From Chiloscyllium plagiosum (Eukaryota): a stretch of 64,000 bases of DNA. Position 1 is the first letter of the stretch, and the number at the start of each line of letters is the position of its first letter. The notes beneath the pieces were generated by a model. That model saw only the letters and a program-made list of their open reading frames with translations. It made no database searches and had not been told where the DNA came from. Made by a program: the position numbers and the translations under genes. The stretch covers positions 28,901,354 to 28,965,353 of the forward strand of contig NC_057720.1 of NCBI RefSeq assembly GCF_004010195.1. The letters are read 5' to 3'. Of the stretch, positions 39,200 to 52,689 are shown piece after piece.

Positions 39200-41800
39200 T
39201 GGCACAACAGAACTGAGAACATGCTCAATGTTCTCCCATGTAGTATTGGACATCTTGATCCACTGGGTAAACAACTTTGAGCTCCACCATCTACAGGATG
39301 TCAGTAGGCCCTGGAAAGACATGAGGGCAGTTGGAGCAGGTGACTATCATTGGCAATGTCTCAAGCCTAGCCCAAGGACTTGGATGCAGTGCAGGAAGAA
39401 GTTAATAATCTTACAGGAATGATCGAAAACAGTGAATGCATCACCAATTACTATAACCTTAAAAAGGAATCATTAGCTTCACTTACTGCCCATATATCAC
39501 ACATAGCCCTCTTCACATACCTACAAACAAACCAAATATAATCCAGATATCATATTCATTGGCTTGCCTCACCTTTACATATTCAGAATTGCTGAAAATC
39601 TCACACCAACCTCAATCAGAGTGCACACACTCCCAGGGATTTGATCCCATTAGCCAAATCACCCAATCACCTGAATACATTGCAGCACTCACTCAAATAC
39701 ATCTCACTCTTCTGCAGGACAATGTGACACCAAACCATAAGATTAACATAAGGCAGGTCTGCATTTCCTTATTCTCATGAAAACAAGGTACTTGTGATTA
39801 TTGCTGCATTCCTAACGAGTATTGAGTCTGAACCCAGTGAAAATGATTGTATGTTCCCGCTTACTCTACTGTCTTAGATTATGTCTCCCTTTCAGCACAA
39901 AATCTCTTCTGAGTTACAAACTGTTACAAACAGGTTACAAACTTTATTGTTTCTCCCCTTTGCCTCACCCTGGCTCGAGCCTTTCTGTCATTACAAACTC
40001 AGATATCCAAGAACTGTCACCTGCTAGCACTGGGGCAGAAACATCAGGTCAAAAAAGAGCAAGACACCATTGAAAAACAAACACTGTGAGTCATCTCAGA
40101 TTCAGTGCCATTAGTACATAAACTGATACTGGAGACATCTGAAAGTATAGTATATAGACACATGATTTCTGCACGTGATTTCTGATGGAGGTCTCACCCA
40201 CTGGCTGGAGAGCTGGTGAGAACACAATTTTGCTTCATTTAGAGATGGCTTACAATATTAAGTGTCGCTCAGGCATTTAACTGGATAGCTTCAGGCCTGT
40301 CTGGGATCAAGGACTTTGAGGGTGGAAGCCTTAGTTGCTGAGAACACTCACAAATCTGTTGAATGCCAACATAACCTAGATCTCAGATTCCAGAAAGTGA
40401 TGGTAGAAATAGAGCAATGGTCTACAGATAGTGGGTCAGCAGCAAATGCAGGGCAACCCTCAGCAGACACTTTCTGATGCTTGATCAAGCACTGCGTGTC
40501 TTTGAACAAAAGCCACTCTCTGTGGTTTGTTTGGCTTGCTCCCTGTGTCACCTGTCCCATATCTGCCATTGAGTTAATATCAGAGGTGGCAGAGTAGGAG
40601 CCTTAAGTTTGCATTAAGTTGTGTTTTCAGCTCTCTCTGTGCTCAAGTTTAGAAAATGCATATCAAAGATCAAATTTCCCCATATAATTTCCCTCAGATC
40701 TAGCAATGCTACATAAGGGTATCCGTTGACCACAGGAAGGGGCAAATATTATATAGGCTTTACCACAAGGGAGCTCAACAAGAGAGAGCTGGGAAGCAGC
40801 CAGGTTCTCTTCCACTGCCATTCTCTTGATTAAATGCTTCCCACTATCAAACCTGCAATAGGGAAGGCACTAATTCTATCTGGTGAGTCACTATGTGTGT
40901 GACCTGTAACCAGGAGAATAAAGTAGTTTAGATATGAAACCTATGGAGCGTAGCATTTTATATGACTACTAAGCTAAGTATATGTATCTACACACTAGCC
41001 ACTAAGGGGATTTACAAGGTCATTAGTTAACCCTTCTGTGTTGTACTGAATGGTTTGTTGGAAGAAATTAATCTGGAATGGTTGCTCTGTGCTGATTATT
41101 GTATCAGTGTTGTGGCCACAAGCGTGGTATTACAGCCAGTAGCAGAGGGAAGAGATCCTGTCTAACTGTTGCTCAATTGGGATTTTGGGCTGCGTTCAAT
41201 AGAATCCAAGTTAGATGAGGCAATCAAGTGCAGTCTGGTCAGAAAGGGAATGTGTTGGTTGGCTCATTTTTCAACCTCTTCATCCTCACCTTCCTACTCT
41301 TGTTTCTAAGTTGTTCATCATGTCCCAGGCAAGCTACCAGGAATCAGAAGCATACTGTGATACAGGATTGGGGTATCCATGTCTGGTGATTGGAACCATT
41401 CATTGTAAGCTCTAATGGTTTACTCTCGGATGTTTTACATAGCAGCTTAGCTTTCATTGTCTGTGTGCTGGTCATGTCTGGTTGGGTTGAACAGTGGGAT
41501 CATGACCTCGAACTTGAATGGATACCCGTTGCTGCCCAGCAGCCTGGTGATCCTAAAAGAGCTAATCTGCGTTAAGTTCCGCCCACCAATCTGATGAGGT
41601 TACACAGTCTTTGATTGACAAAGAAACAGTTTTACATGAGATCCCAATGGAGAAAGACACATCAGCTCTGGCTCCTGATAGATTTGCTTCATTACTCAAT
41701 GTAACTTGTACCTGTTGCTATCATACAATGAATTACATCTTGTGTAAGACAAAGGTGTCTTCTTTTTATGATGCAATGGTAGTCTATCCTCTGCTACTGC
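39200..41800. mobile_element. Old PIF/Harbinger element: Myb gene (+, about 39220-39420) and transposase (-, about 41300-41800)
   Basis: PRTWMQCRKK on the plus strand; MIPLFNPT..NES..NIRE on the minus strand. Confidence 0.6.
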
Positions 41801-42297
41801 TAATTGGATAGGCCCTTAGACTCACATAGGAAGAGGATTAATGAGGGTTCATGTGCTATAGTAATGGAGTCCCTAACTCAAAACCAGAAGCCCTGTATTC
41901 AAATCTCACCTGCTCCAAAGATGTGCAATAACACCTCTAAACAGGTTGATTAACAAAATATAATTAGAAGGATGATTGGTGGCAGCTCTCCACCCTAACC
42001 ACAATGACCAATGGTGGGGACCACAAAATATGACAAAAGCTTTGTCTAGTATGATGTGGTGGCTAAAATACTAAAAAAACAACGTTGCAGAATAAACACT
42101 TCTGAGATGGCTATTTCAGAGAAAGTTTTCTCAGATCACTATCATCTCCCTTCAATTAAAACTTACCGAACATTACAGTTTAAATTCCAGTATTACTAAT
42201 GATCAAATGTATTAACCTTAATGTGACACTCACATAATCTCAAAAGTCTTGGTAGCAATGGGCAAGGGAGAGAAAACTGAATCATTCGCTGAAATAC

Positions 42298-42617
42298 CTG
42301 CAATATGAGGTCATCATTCTTGCTACAGGCATTAAGTGGAATGTTAATTTTCATTTGTTGCCTTGGAACTGCCATGGAATCAAATAATAAAATGAAACAA
42401 CCCTATTCCTCAATAGTACAAGGTGAATCATTCATAACTAAAGTAACAAAGGTCATCATTGTTAGGGAAAAATGGTACGCAAGAAAAAACAATGTAAATA
42501 CTCATTTTAAGAGAATGTGATTTGAGAAAGTATAAATAAAATTGACTTGTGTTACAAGATCTAAACAAGTTGGTTAAAGTCACAGAACTATCATAACAAT
42601 GCTCCATATGGTTCATT
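42298..42617 (-). pseudogene. GREB1-like exon containing TFSNHILLK (42505-42531), with a frameshift and stops
   Basis: Acceptor aatttacag, donor gtattt; RSCNTSQFY plus TFSNHILLK resembles recalled GCGKKGFCYFTEFSNHINLK. Confidence 0.7.
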
Positions 42618-42709
42618 CTGTAAATTATTAGAGAAGAAAATCCACACGTCACCAAATGATTTAAATTCCAAAGATCATTTTCATTGCATAGCTTTTCAGG
42701 TTACAAATG

Positions 42710-45700
42710 GACATAGGAATTATGAGCAGCGGTGAGCCATCCTGCCCCTTAAGCTCTCTCAGCTATTCTATAAGGTCATGCCTTATACCGCATTCCCATC
42801 TATTTCTGATAGCATTTGATACCCCTCCCTAACAAAAGTCAATCTACTTCTGCCTTAAAAATATTCAATGACCATTCTTCCACCATCCTCTGAGAGAGTT
42901 TAAAGTCATGCAACCGTCTGAGAGAAAAGAAAATCCTTATCTCGGTCTAAAAGAGCAACGCTTAATTTTAAAACAGTGTTCCCTGATTCTGGGTTCGCCT
43001 ACTAGAGGAAATATCTTTTCCATATTCTTCTTGACAAGACCATTCAGGTTCTTATAAACTTCAAATCATCTGTCACTCTTCTAAAAAAAATTAGATCAAG
43101 CAAACCCAGCCTGTACAATCTTTCCTTCTAAGACAACTTGCTCATTCCACATGTTAATCTGGTAAACCTCTTCTGAACTATCTCCAATGCATTTATATCC
43201 TTCCTCAAATGTGAAGACTGAAACTACCCACAGTATCCAAGATGTGATTCTGCTAATGGCCATACAATTGAGGCATTACATCCATACTTTTATGTTCAAT
43301 GCGATGGACATTAAAGGATAGCATTACGTTAATCTTCTTAATGACTTGCTGTAACTGCATGCTAATATTTTGTGACTCACTATAGAATACTAAATTCCCT
43401 CTGCACCTTGTAATTCTTCAGTCAGGCACCATTTAAATAAAACACAGCATTTTTATTCTTCCTGCCAAAGCAAACAACTTTGCATTTTCCTTTTTTATAT
43501 TCTATCTGTTAGATGTTCTTCCCCGCTCAAACAATCTGCAACTTTGTTATGTCATTGTCACAATATACATTCCTATCTACTTTTTTGTCAGCTGCAAAAT
43601 TAACCACTGTGCCTTTGATCATCTCATCTGAGTCAATGATACAAATTGTAAAATGTAAAAGGATGCATTCATCACACCCCGCCATTCTGGAAAAGACCCG
43701 TTTATGCACATGCTGTTTTCTGCCAACCACTCATACTTCTATTCATGTTCATATATCACCCCCATATCATGACTCCTACTTTGCACATTAGCCTTTTATG
43801 TGGAACCTTGGAAATCCAAGTAGACTACATCAAAGAGCTCCAATAAGTTGATTTTAAATAATTTCACAAAACCATGCTGAATCCTCCTGCTTACATTGAA
43901 ATTTTCCAAGTGCTGACTTATAATCAACTTTGCTTGATGATTGATTCTAACACCTTTCCGTCAACTTCCCTTCTAATTGATCCTTTCTGGAATCTAACAC
44001 ATTTTGGAGGATTAGCACCAATGCATCTATTATTTCGTAAGATCACAGGATGAAGTGAATCCTCTATAGTGAAGACAGAACAATTACTTTATTCATCACA
44101 TTTTTTTTTCCTTTCTTGATTCATGGGATCAGACTATCACTCTCTAGGCCAGCATTTATTGCCCATCCCTAAGTGCCCAAAGGGCAGTTAAGGGTCAACA
44201 CACTGCTGTGGGTCTGGAATCACATGTAGGCCAGACCAGGTATGGATGGCAGTTTCCTTCCCTAAAGGACATGAGTGGGTTCTTCCGACAATCGATAATG
44301 GATTCATGGTCACTATTAGATCATTAATGGTGACCCATTTCTTTATTATCTGCCATTAATTCCATATTATCACCCTCTAGAAGCCCACTTTACTTACTCT
44401 TTTCCTTTTTGGATATGTATAGAAACTCATGGCATTTGTTTTTATATTTCTAGTTCTAATTTTACATCTCCTGTTCTAATTATTGTCCAGATTAACCTGT
44501 TAGTTATTCTCTGCTGTTCTTTATATTCTGATCAGTTTTCTGACCTGAAATCTACCTTTATGTAATCAAGTGTCTTTTTTCCTTAAGTTTGATATTCTTC
44601 TTAACCCCCTCATCTCCAGAATTAACCCGGTGAACCTCCTCTGCACCGCTTCCAAAGCCTTAAGTAAGAAGACCAGAACAGTGCTTAATACTCCAGGTGT
44701 GGCCTCACCAACACCGTGTACAACTGGAGCAGAAAGCCCCTGCTCTTAAATTCAATCCCTCTCGCAATGAAAGCCTATAATACCTTCCTGTTTACCTGTT
44801 GCACCTGAAAATCAACTTTTAGTGATTCATGTACAAGCACTCCTATGTCCCTCTGCACAACAGCATGCTACAATCTTTCACCATTTAAATAATACTCTGA
44901 TCTACTATTTTTACTTCCAAAGTGGATAATCTCACAAATTTACCAACATTGTGCTCCATCTGCCAGACCCTTAACCACTCACTTAACCTATTGAAATCTC
45001 TCTGCAGACCTCTGCAGAGTTTGCCTTTCCACTCAATTTAGTGTCATCAGCAAATTTGGATATGTTACACTGTAGGCCCAACACTGACCCTTGCAGCACC
45101 CCGCTTACCACTGATCTCCAACCATTTATTCTAACTCTCTACTTTCTATTGAATAACTAGTCATCTATTCATGCTAGCACATTCCCCAACTCCATGCATT
45201 TTATCTTATATATGAGTCTTTTATGTGGCACCTTATCAAATGCCTTCTGGAAATCCAACTATACAACATCTATCTGTTCCTCTCATCTGTTACATCCTCA
45301 ACAACTCCTGTCAGTTTGTCAAACATGACCTTCCCTTCCTGATTCCATGCTGCATCTGCCTGATGGAACCCTTTTCATCCAATTGTCTCATTATTTCCCC
45401 TTTAATGGTAGCCTCCAGCAGTTTCCCGACTATAGATGTTAAGTTAACAGGCCTATAGTTACTTGCCTTTTGCCTACACCCTTTTTAAAAAACTTGTCGT
45501 CTTCCAGTCTGCCGGGATCTGCCTGGAGTCCAGTGAATTTTGGTAAATTACCACTAACGCATCTATTATAACTTCTGCCATTCCTTTCAGCAACCTGGGA
45601 TGCATTCCATCAGGACCAGTGGAATTATCTACCTTTAGATCCTCAAGTTTGCTCAACATTACCCCTTACAAATCTTCTCAAAACTCACTAATCCCTTCAG

Positions 45701-46190
45701 TGATAACAATTGAATTCAGGTCCTCACCTGCCATTGTATCCTTAACATCATTCTTTGGCATGTTAGATGTATCTTCCACTGTGAAGACTGACACAAAATA
45801 GTTATTCAAGGCTTCGGCTGTTTCAGCATTACCCAATATTAATTCCCCTTTCTCATCCTGCAAGGGACCTATGTCCACTTTAGCTATTCTTTTCTGTTTT
45901 ATATTTTATGAAAACCTTTCCTACCTGTTTTTATATTCTGTGCTAGTTTGTGTTCATGATCAATCTTTCCTTTCTTTATTGTTTGCTTTGCAGTTCTTTT
46001 TAAAGTTTCCCAGTCTTCCTGTTTCCCACTACTCTTGGCTACTTTGTAAGCCTGTGCTTTTAATTGGATGCCTTCCTTCATTTCCTTAGTTATCAAAGGC
46101 TGACTCTTCCTATCCTTTCTATCCGTTGTTTTGACCAGAATGTACTTGCCTTGAGCATTGTGAAAAATTTTTTGAAAGTCCTTCACTGTT
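42710..46190 (-). mobile_element. Two adjacent older CR1 LINE segments
   Basis: NFAADKK, STGPDGMHPRLLK and ALNNYFVSVFT ORFs. Confidence 0.85.
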
Positions 46191-46194
46191 TAGG

Positions 46195-49100
46195 ACATAG
46201 AACATTGAACAATACAGCGAAGAACAGGCCCTTTTGGCCCTTGATGTTGCGCCGACCTGTGAACTAAATTTAGCCCATCCCCCTACACTATCCCGTCGTC
46301 ATCCATGTGCTTATCCAAGGATTGCTTAAATGCCCCTAATGTGCCTGAGTTAATCACATTGGCAGGCAGGGCATTCCACACCCTGACCACTCTCTGAGTA
46401 AAGAACCTGAGTAAAGAATCTGTCTTAAATCTATCACCCCTCAATTTGTAGCTATGCCCCAGCATACAAGCTGACATCATCATCCTAGGAGAAAGACTTT
46501 CACTGTCTACCCTATCTAATCCTCTGATCATCTTGTATGCCTCTATCAAATCCCCTCTTAGCCTTCTTCTCTCCAATGAGCACATACCCAAGTCTCGCAG
46601 CCCTTCCTCATAAGTCCTTCCCTCCAGACCAGGCAACATCCTGGTAAATCTCCTCTGCACCTTTTCCAATGCTTCCACATCCTTCCTGTAATGGGGCAAC
46701 CAGAACTATAAACAATATTCCAAGTGCGGTCGCACCAGCGTTTTGTATAGTTGCAGCATGATATTACAGCTCCGGATCTCAATCTCTCTACCAATAAAAC
46801 CTAGCACATCATATGCCTTCTTAACAGCACTATCCACCTGGGTGGCAACTTTCAGGGATCTATGTATGTGGACTCCAAGATCCCTCTGCACATCCACACT
46901 ACCAAGAATCTTTCCATTGACCCAGTATTCTGCCTTCCTGTTATTCAGTGAATCACCTCATATTTATCTGCATTGAACTCCATTTTTTTTAGATTAGATT
47001 AGATTACTTACAGTGTGGAAACAGGCCCTTCGGCCCAACAAGTCCACACCGATCCTCCGAAGAGCAACACACCCAGACCCACTCCCCTACATTTACCCCT
47101 TCACCTACACTACGGGCAATTTAGCATGGCTAATTCACCTAACCTGCCTATTTTTGGACTGTGGGAGGAAACCAGAGCACCCGGAGGAAACCTTGCTACC
47201 TCTCAGCCCAATTCTGCAGTTTATCGAAGTCCCCCTGCAACCTGCAACCTTCTTCCACACTGCCCACTACTCCACTGACTTTAGAGTCATCTGCAAACTT
47301 ACTAACCCATCCATCTATGCCTGCATCTAAGTCATTTATAAAAATGACAAACAGCAGTGGTCCCAAAACAGATCCTTGTGGCACACCACTAGTAACCGGA
47401 CTTCATGCTGAATATTTACCATCAACCACCACTCACTGCCTTCTTACAAAAAGCCAGTTTCTAATCCAAACTGCTAAATCATCCTCAATCCCATGCCTCT
47501 GCATTTTCTCCAACAGCCTACCATGTGGAACCTCATCAAAGGCTTTACTGAAGTCCATATATACCACGTCAACTGCCCTACCCTCACCCACATGCTTGGT
47601 CACCTTCTCAAAAAACTCAATGAGGTTTGTGAGACATGATCTGCCCTTGATGAAACCATGTTGATTATCTGCAATCAAATTGTTGCTTGCTAGATGATTA
47701 TAAATCCTATCTCTCATAATCCTTTCTAAAACTTTTCCTACAACAGACTTAAGGCTCACTGGTCTATAATTGCCTGGGTCATCTCTACCTCCCTTCTTGA
47801 ACAAGAGCACAACATTTGCAATCCTCCAGTCCTCTGGTACTAGACAATAACAACACAATGATCAAAGCCAAAGGCTCCAACAGTTCCCTAGCTTCCCAGA
47901 GAATCCTTGAATAAATTCCATCAGTCCCAGGGGACCTGTCTACTTTCACTCCTGCTAGAATTGTTCACACCTCCTCCTTACTAGCCTCGATCTTTTCTAG
48001 TCTAATGCTCGGTGCTCATTCTTCTCCTCTACGATGATAAATATTCGTTCAGTATCTCTCTGATCTCTACAGGATCCACACACAACTTTCTGCTTCTGTC
48101 TTTGACTGCCCCTATTCCTACCCTAGTCATCCTTTTATTCCTCACATATGTATAGAAAGCTTTAGGGTTCTCCTTTAGTCTACCTGCTAAAGAGTGCTCA
48201 TGTCCTCTCTTTGTTCTTCTTAACTCTCTCTTTAAATCCTTCCCAGTTAATCTGTAACTCTCCATTGCCTGATCTGAGCCATCTCATCTCAATGTCACAT
48301 AAACTTTCTTCCGCTTAACAAGAGATGCAATTTCTGTAGTAAACCACAGTTCCCTTACCTTATCACTTCCTCCCTGCCTGACAGGGACATACCTATCAAA
48401 GAAACGCAATATCTGTTCCTTAAACCCACTCCACATTTCTATTGTCCTCATCCCCTGCATTTTGCAACCCCATTCTTTGCATCCTAAGTCTTGCCTGATT
48501 GCATTACAATTGCCCTTGCCCCATCTGATAACTCTTGCCCTGTGGAATGTACCTATCCCTTTCCCTTGCTAAACTAAAACGTAACTGAATTATGGTCACA
48601 GTCTCAAAGTGCTCACCTCCCACTAAATCAAACACCTGGTCTGGTTCATGCCTAAACACCAGATTCAGTATGGCCTCCCCTCTTGTCAGCCCTTCGACAT
48701 ACTGTGTCAGGAAACCCTCATGCACACATTGGACAAAAACTGATCCACCCAATATAATAGAGTTATAGCATTTCCAGTAAGTGTTGGGTAAGTTAAAGGC
48801 CCCCATAATGACCACCCTGTTCCTTTTACTTCTACCTAGAATTGTTTTGCCGATCCTCTCCTCCTCATCCCTGGAACTTTGCTGAGGCCTATAAAAAAAC
48901 TCCCAGCAGTGTGACCTCTCCTCTCCTGTTTCTAACCTCAGTTCATATTACTTCAGTGGAGAAGTCCTTGTCAAAAGTTATTTCAGCCACCGTTATACTG
49001 TCCTTGACTAACAAGGCCACACCTACCCCCTTTTACTGTCTTCCCTGTTCTTAATGGAAGACCTAAACCCTGGAGCCTGCAACATCCATTCCTGACCCTG

Positions 49101-49260
49101 CTCTATCCATGTCTCCGAAATGGCCACAACATCGAAGTCCCAGGTACCTATCCATGCTGCAAGCTCACCTATCTTACTTTGGATACTTCTGGCATTGAAG
49201 TAGACACACTTCAAACCAGCTTGCTGTCTGCCAGCACACTCCAGTGACCGTGCAACCATT
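46195..49260 (-). mobile_element. Younger CR1 with near-complete (disrupted) ORF2, nested in an older CR1
   Basis: EN motifs (CVYFNARSI, DVVAISETW) through RT (SKFADDSK) to the tail; candidate TSD ACTGTTT at 46185-46191 and 49262-49268; SINE 3' half inserted at about 46990-47192. Confidence 0.92.
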
Positions 49261-50950
49261 GACTGTTTCTCAACTGTTCCACCATATAACTTGTGTTCCC
49301 AGTCCAACGTAGCCAACTCCTCCCTCATCCCATTATAGTCTTCCTTATTTAATCATAATACCCTGCTTTTAGATGCCACTACTTAACCTTTCATTTTTAT
49401 CTAAAATTTGATCACTCTTTCCGAGAGGAGGCTTACTATGAGATCATTAACTTTACCTGTGTTATTACACAGGTCCAGATATAAGATTGAGTGCTCCCTT
49501 GTAGTTTCAGTAACATGTTGTTCAAGAAAGTTAACATAGATGAGTTCTATGAACTCCTCTTAAATTAATCCTCATGAACTTCTCATTAATTAATCCTGCC
49601 ACATTTTTAAACAATGTCAAGACTTGTATAGTTATGTTAACTGTTATCTAGTTGGTTCCCTATGTGTTGCTCTAAGAAAAAAATCTCAAAAATATTATAT
49701 TTACTTTTTCAGGTTGTTTTATCTATACTGAGTTTTTCAGTTGATACATAAATTAAAAATCACCCATAATTGTAGCCATCCCCCAATCACCTGCAGCCAA
49801 TATTTCTTCTTGTGTACTTCATCCTAAATCATAATTACTGTTCAGGGTCCTATTGATCTCTCCCACACTTGTGGAACCAGTCCCAGCATGGTCTAAGGTG
49901 AAGACGGCCCAATGGTACAGATTCCATTTTCCACAGTACTGGTGCCAGTGCTCAACTAAATGGAACCCACTTCTCCCATACCAATTTCTGAGCTACATAT
50001 TTCACTTCTCTAATCTTAATTATTTTATGCTAATTTGCCTGTGGTTCAGGTAGTACTTCAAAGATTACCTTTAAAGTTCTCATTTTTAAAGTTAACATCT
50101 AACTTCTCATACTCTTTCAGAAGAACCTCTTTTCTAGTCCAACGTATGTCACTGGTACTGATGGGGATCATGACCAATGAATCTTCCACCTCCCACTTCA
50201 AGTTATTCTCTAGCCAAGAGCAAATATCCTGAATCTGAACATCAGGCAGACAACACAGCATCTGGGTCTCATGGTCTTTGTTGCAGAGAACACTGTAAAA
50301 ACTATTCATTTTACTGCCCCACTACAAATACATTCCATCTCTCTCTCCCCCTTCTTAAATGGCTTCCTAAGCCCCAGTGCCGTGGCTGTTGTGCTCAACC
50401 AAATGTCCAGCCCCCACACTAGTCCAAATAAATTGAGAAAGCCTCAAAACGCTTTACACAATTGCAAAGTCTGAGGCTGCTGTGCTCCTGCTCTTTTGGT
50501 CCCTTTATTTGCTTCACTTAGTTTTACAGCTTCCTATCCCTGATGACTGATTGAATAAGAAGACCTTACCATAAAGGTTGTGACTAACAACTGACACAAA
50601 AAAAGTGTCTCATTTTCTTTTTCCCCTTTCACGTGCCTCTGTGTCTGCTACTAGCCTCCAACTCAATTGCTCTGAATCAAAGACCCTGCATCCATATGTA
50701 TTTAGTGCTAACATGTTTGCCCTGGATCTGACCAGCAATCAAAATATCCCACATTCCGCAGTCACAGCACATCACCTGCCCTACCTAATATATGTTAATC
50801 AATTTTTGTTAATTAATTAACAGTTAATACAGTTGACACTTCTCAAAAACTGCCAGTTAACTTTATAATATTGATGAAATGATACAATACTTACTATATT
50901 AATAAAACACACTTTTTAATAAAAGTAGTTACTGACTTACTTGCTTCTTC
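49261..50950 (-). mobile_element. 5' part of the older CR1, including an ORF1 esterase-like remnant
   Basis: ORF 50058-50309 CCLPDVQIQDI..ISTSDIR resembles CR1 ORF1 CCLPGA..IGTNDIG. Confidence 0.75.
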
Positions 50951-51340
50951 CACTGCACAAATTTGAAAATAAAATGTTAGAGGATTTAAAAGAGGGCAGT
51001 AGGGAAACAAGCCTCCTCTTCACCCTTCACCAAACCCCTCACTAAGTACACTTCTAATAGAAAACCTTTTTAACTTCTACCTATAGCAACAGTTCAAGAA
51101 GGCAGCTCCCTCCCACCTTCTCAAAGGTAACGAGGGATGGACAGTAACCGCTGGCCAGCCAGTGATGCCCGTGTCCCAGCAGTGAATTTCAAAAAGGTTT
51201 TTAAATTAAACCCTTCCAGCCAACCTCCTTTGACAACAAAATTGTTCACAAAGTAAGAAGAATAAGGGCTTGCATTTATATAGCATCTTTCACAAGATGA
51301 GGATGTTGCGAAGTGCTTTATGGCTAGAGTGTGATCACCA

Positions 51341-51653
51341 CTTTAGATTAGATTACTTACAGTGTGGAAACAGGCCCTTTGGCCCAACAAGTCCACACCG
51401 ACTTGCCGAAGCGCAACCCACCCAGACCCATTCCCCTACATTTACCCCTGCCCCTTACACTATGGGCAATTTAGCATGGTCAATTCACCTAACCTGCACA
51501 TTTTTGGACTGTGGGAGGAAACCGGAGCACCCAGAGGAAACCCACGCAGACAATGTGCAAACTCCACACAGTCAGTCGCCTGAGGCAGGAATTGAACCCA
51601 GGTCTCTGGCGCTGTGAGGCAGCAGTGCTAACCACTGTGCCACCGTGCCGCCC
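51341..51653 (-). mobile_element. HE1 SINE (young)
   Basis: Full head and tail on the minus strand. Confidence 0.95.
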
Positions 51654-52689
51654 ATAAATGTAGGAATGTTAGACAGCGAATATGTCAGTCTTATCTCAGT
51701 AGTAGTACTTCTAACCAAAGAATTATTGCTTGCAAATTAAAGTCATAAACACGATTAATTATTAGACAAATATCATTAATTTTGCGTGGTGAATGGAAGT
51801 AATAAACTTCATGTTGATGATTCCAAGTATGCTTGAACAGTCAGCAAGGTAGTTTACAGGAAAACACATAATCAATAGTCTTAAATTGTCATAATGTGCA
51901 TGAGACATTCACCTTGTATTCGACAATGTTGAAAACACAGCCTGCAAATAAGAAGACAAAACCCTATAAGGCCACTTTAACTTGTTTGAGCAAGACAAGC
52001 GATCAGGGTGTGTGCCAGATCATAAGCAAGGATTGATCAAAGACATATCATCAGAACGTCCACAAAATCTCCCAGTTTCAATTGGAACAAATCAGGTCTC
52101 CCAAGAGATTTTAAAATATTTAAATAGTGTTCAGAGCTGTGGTTTCTAGATTTGGGTGTGACCAATACAGAAAAACAAGCCATTAAGATTTGCTTAGCAA
52201 TTGAAAATGAAAATCTGCATAGATTTAATATGTCAGGATTAATAAGCCAGGAACTAACAGATCCACAAGACATGAGCCAAATTAGAAGACAAATTCAGTG
52301 TCAGATTAGATGACCATATTGATTGCTTAATTAATGTTGTTTAGATAGAAGCTTACTGATAGCATTGAATATCTTTGTGAGTAGATACAGACAAGAGGCT
52401 GGCTCATAACTGATTTTGTACATGGGGAGCTAAAAAATAGAATTATTAAGTTGATAATCACAACCACCCCCACAGAAGCTTACTAAAATAAAATTGGTAA
52501 ACAAACCAAAAATGTATAACATTGAAGTGCTACTGAAGGCTGAATGTAAGTATGAAAAGAGCCTGGCTGGTCAACAAAATATAAAGGTCCTGTGAACATA
52601 TTTGATTGTTGATAAAATTGTTAGAATTCCCAAATGTGACATGTGTAAGGTGTGGTCTTTGCATGCCCAAAGTAAATGCACACAATTTT

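Noticed and set aside
38665..39228. 187-aa ORF, the longest in the track
   Set aside because: It runs through the N gap and joins Penelope sequence to unrelated flank
46195..49260. Active autonomous CR1
   Set aside because: ORF2 is broken into many pieces, carries a SINE insertion and lacks its own complete ORF1
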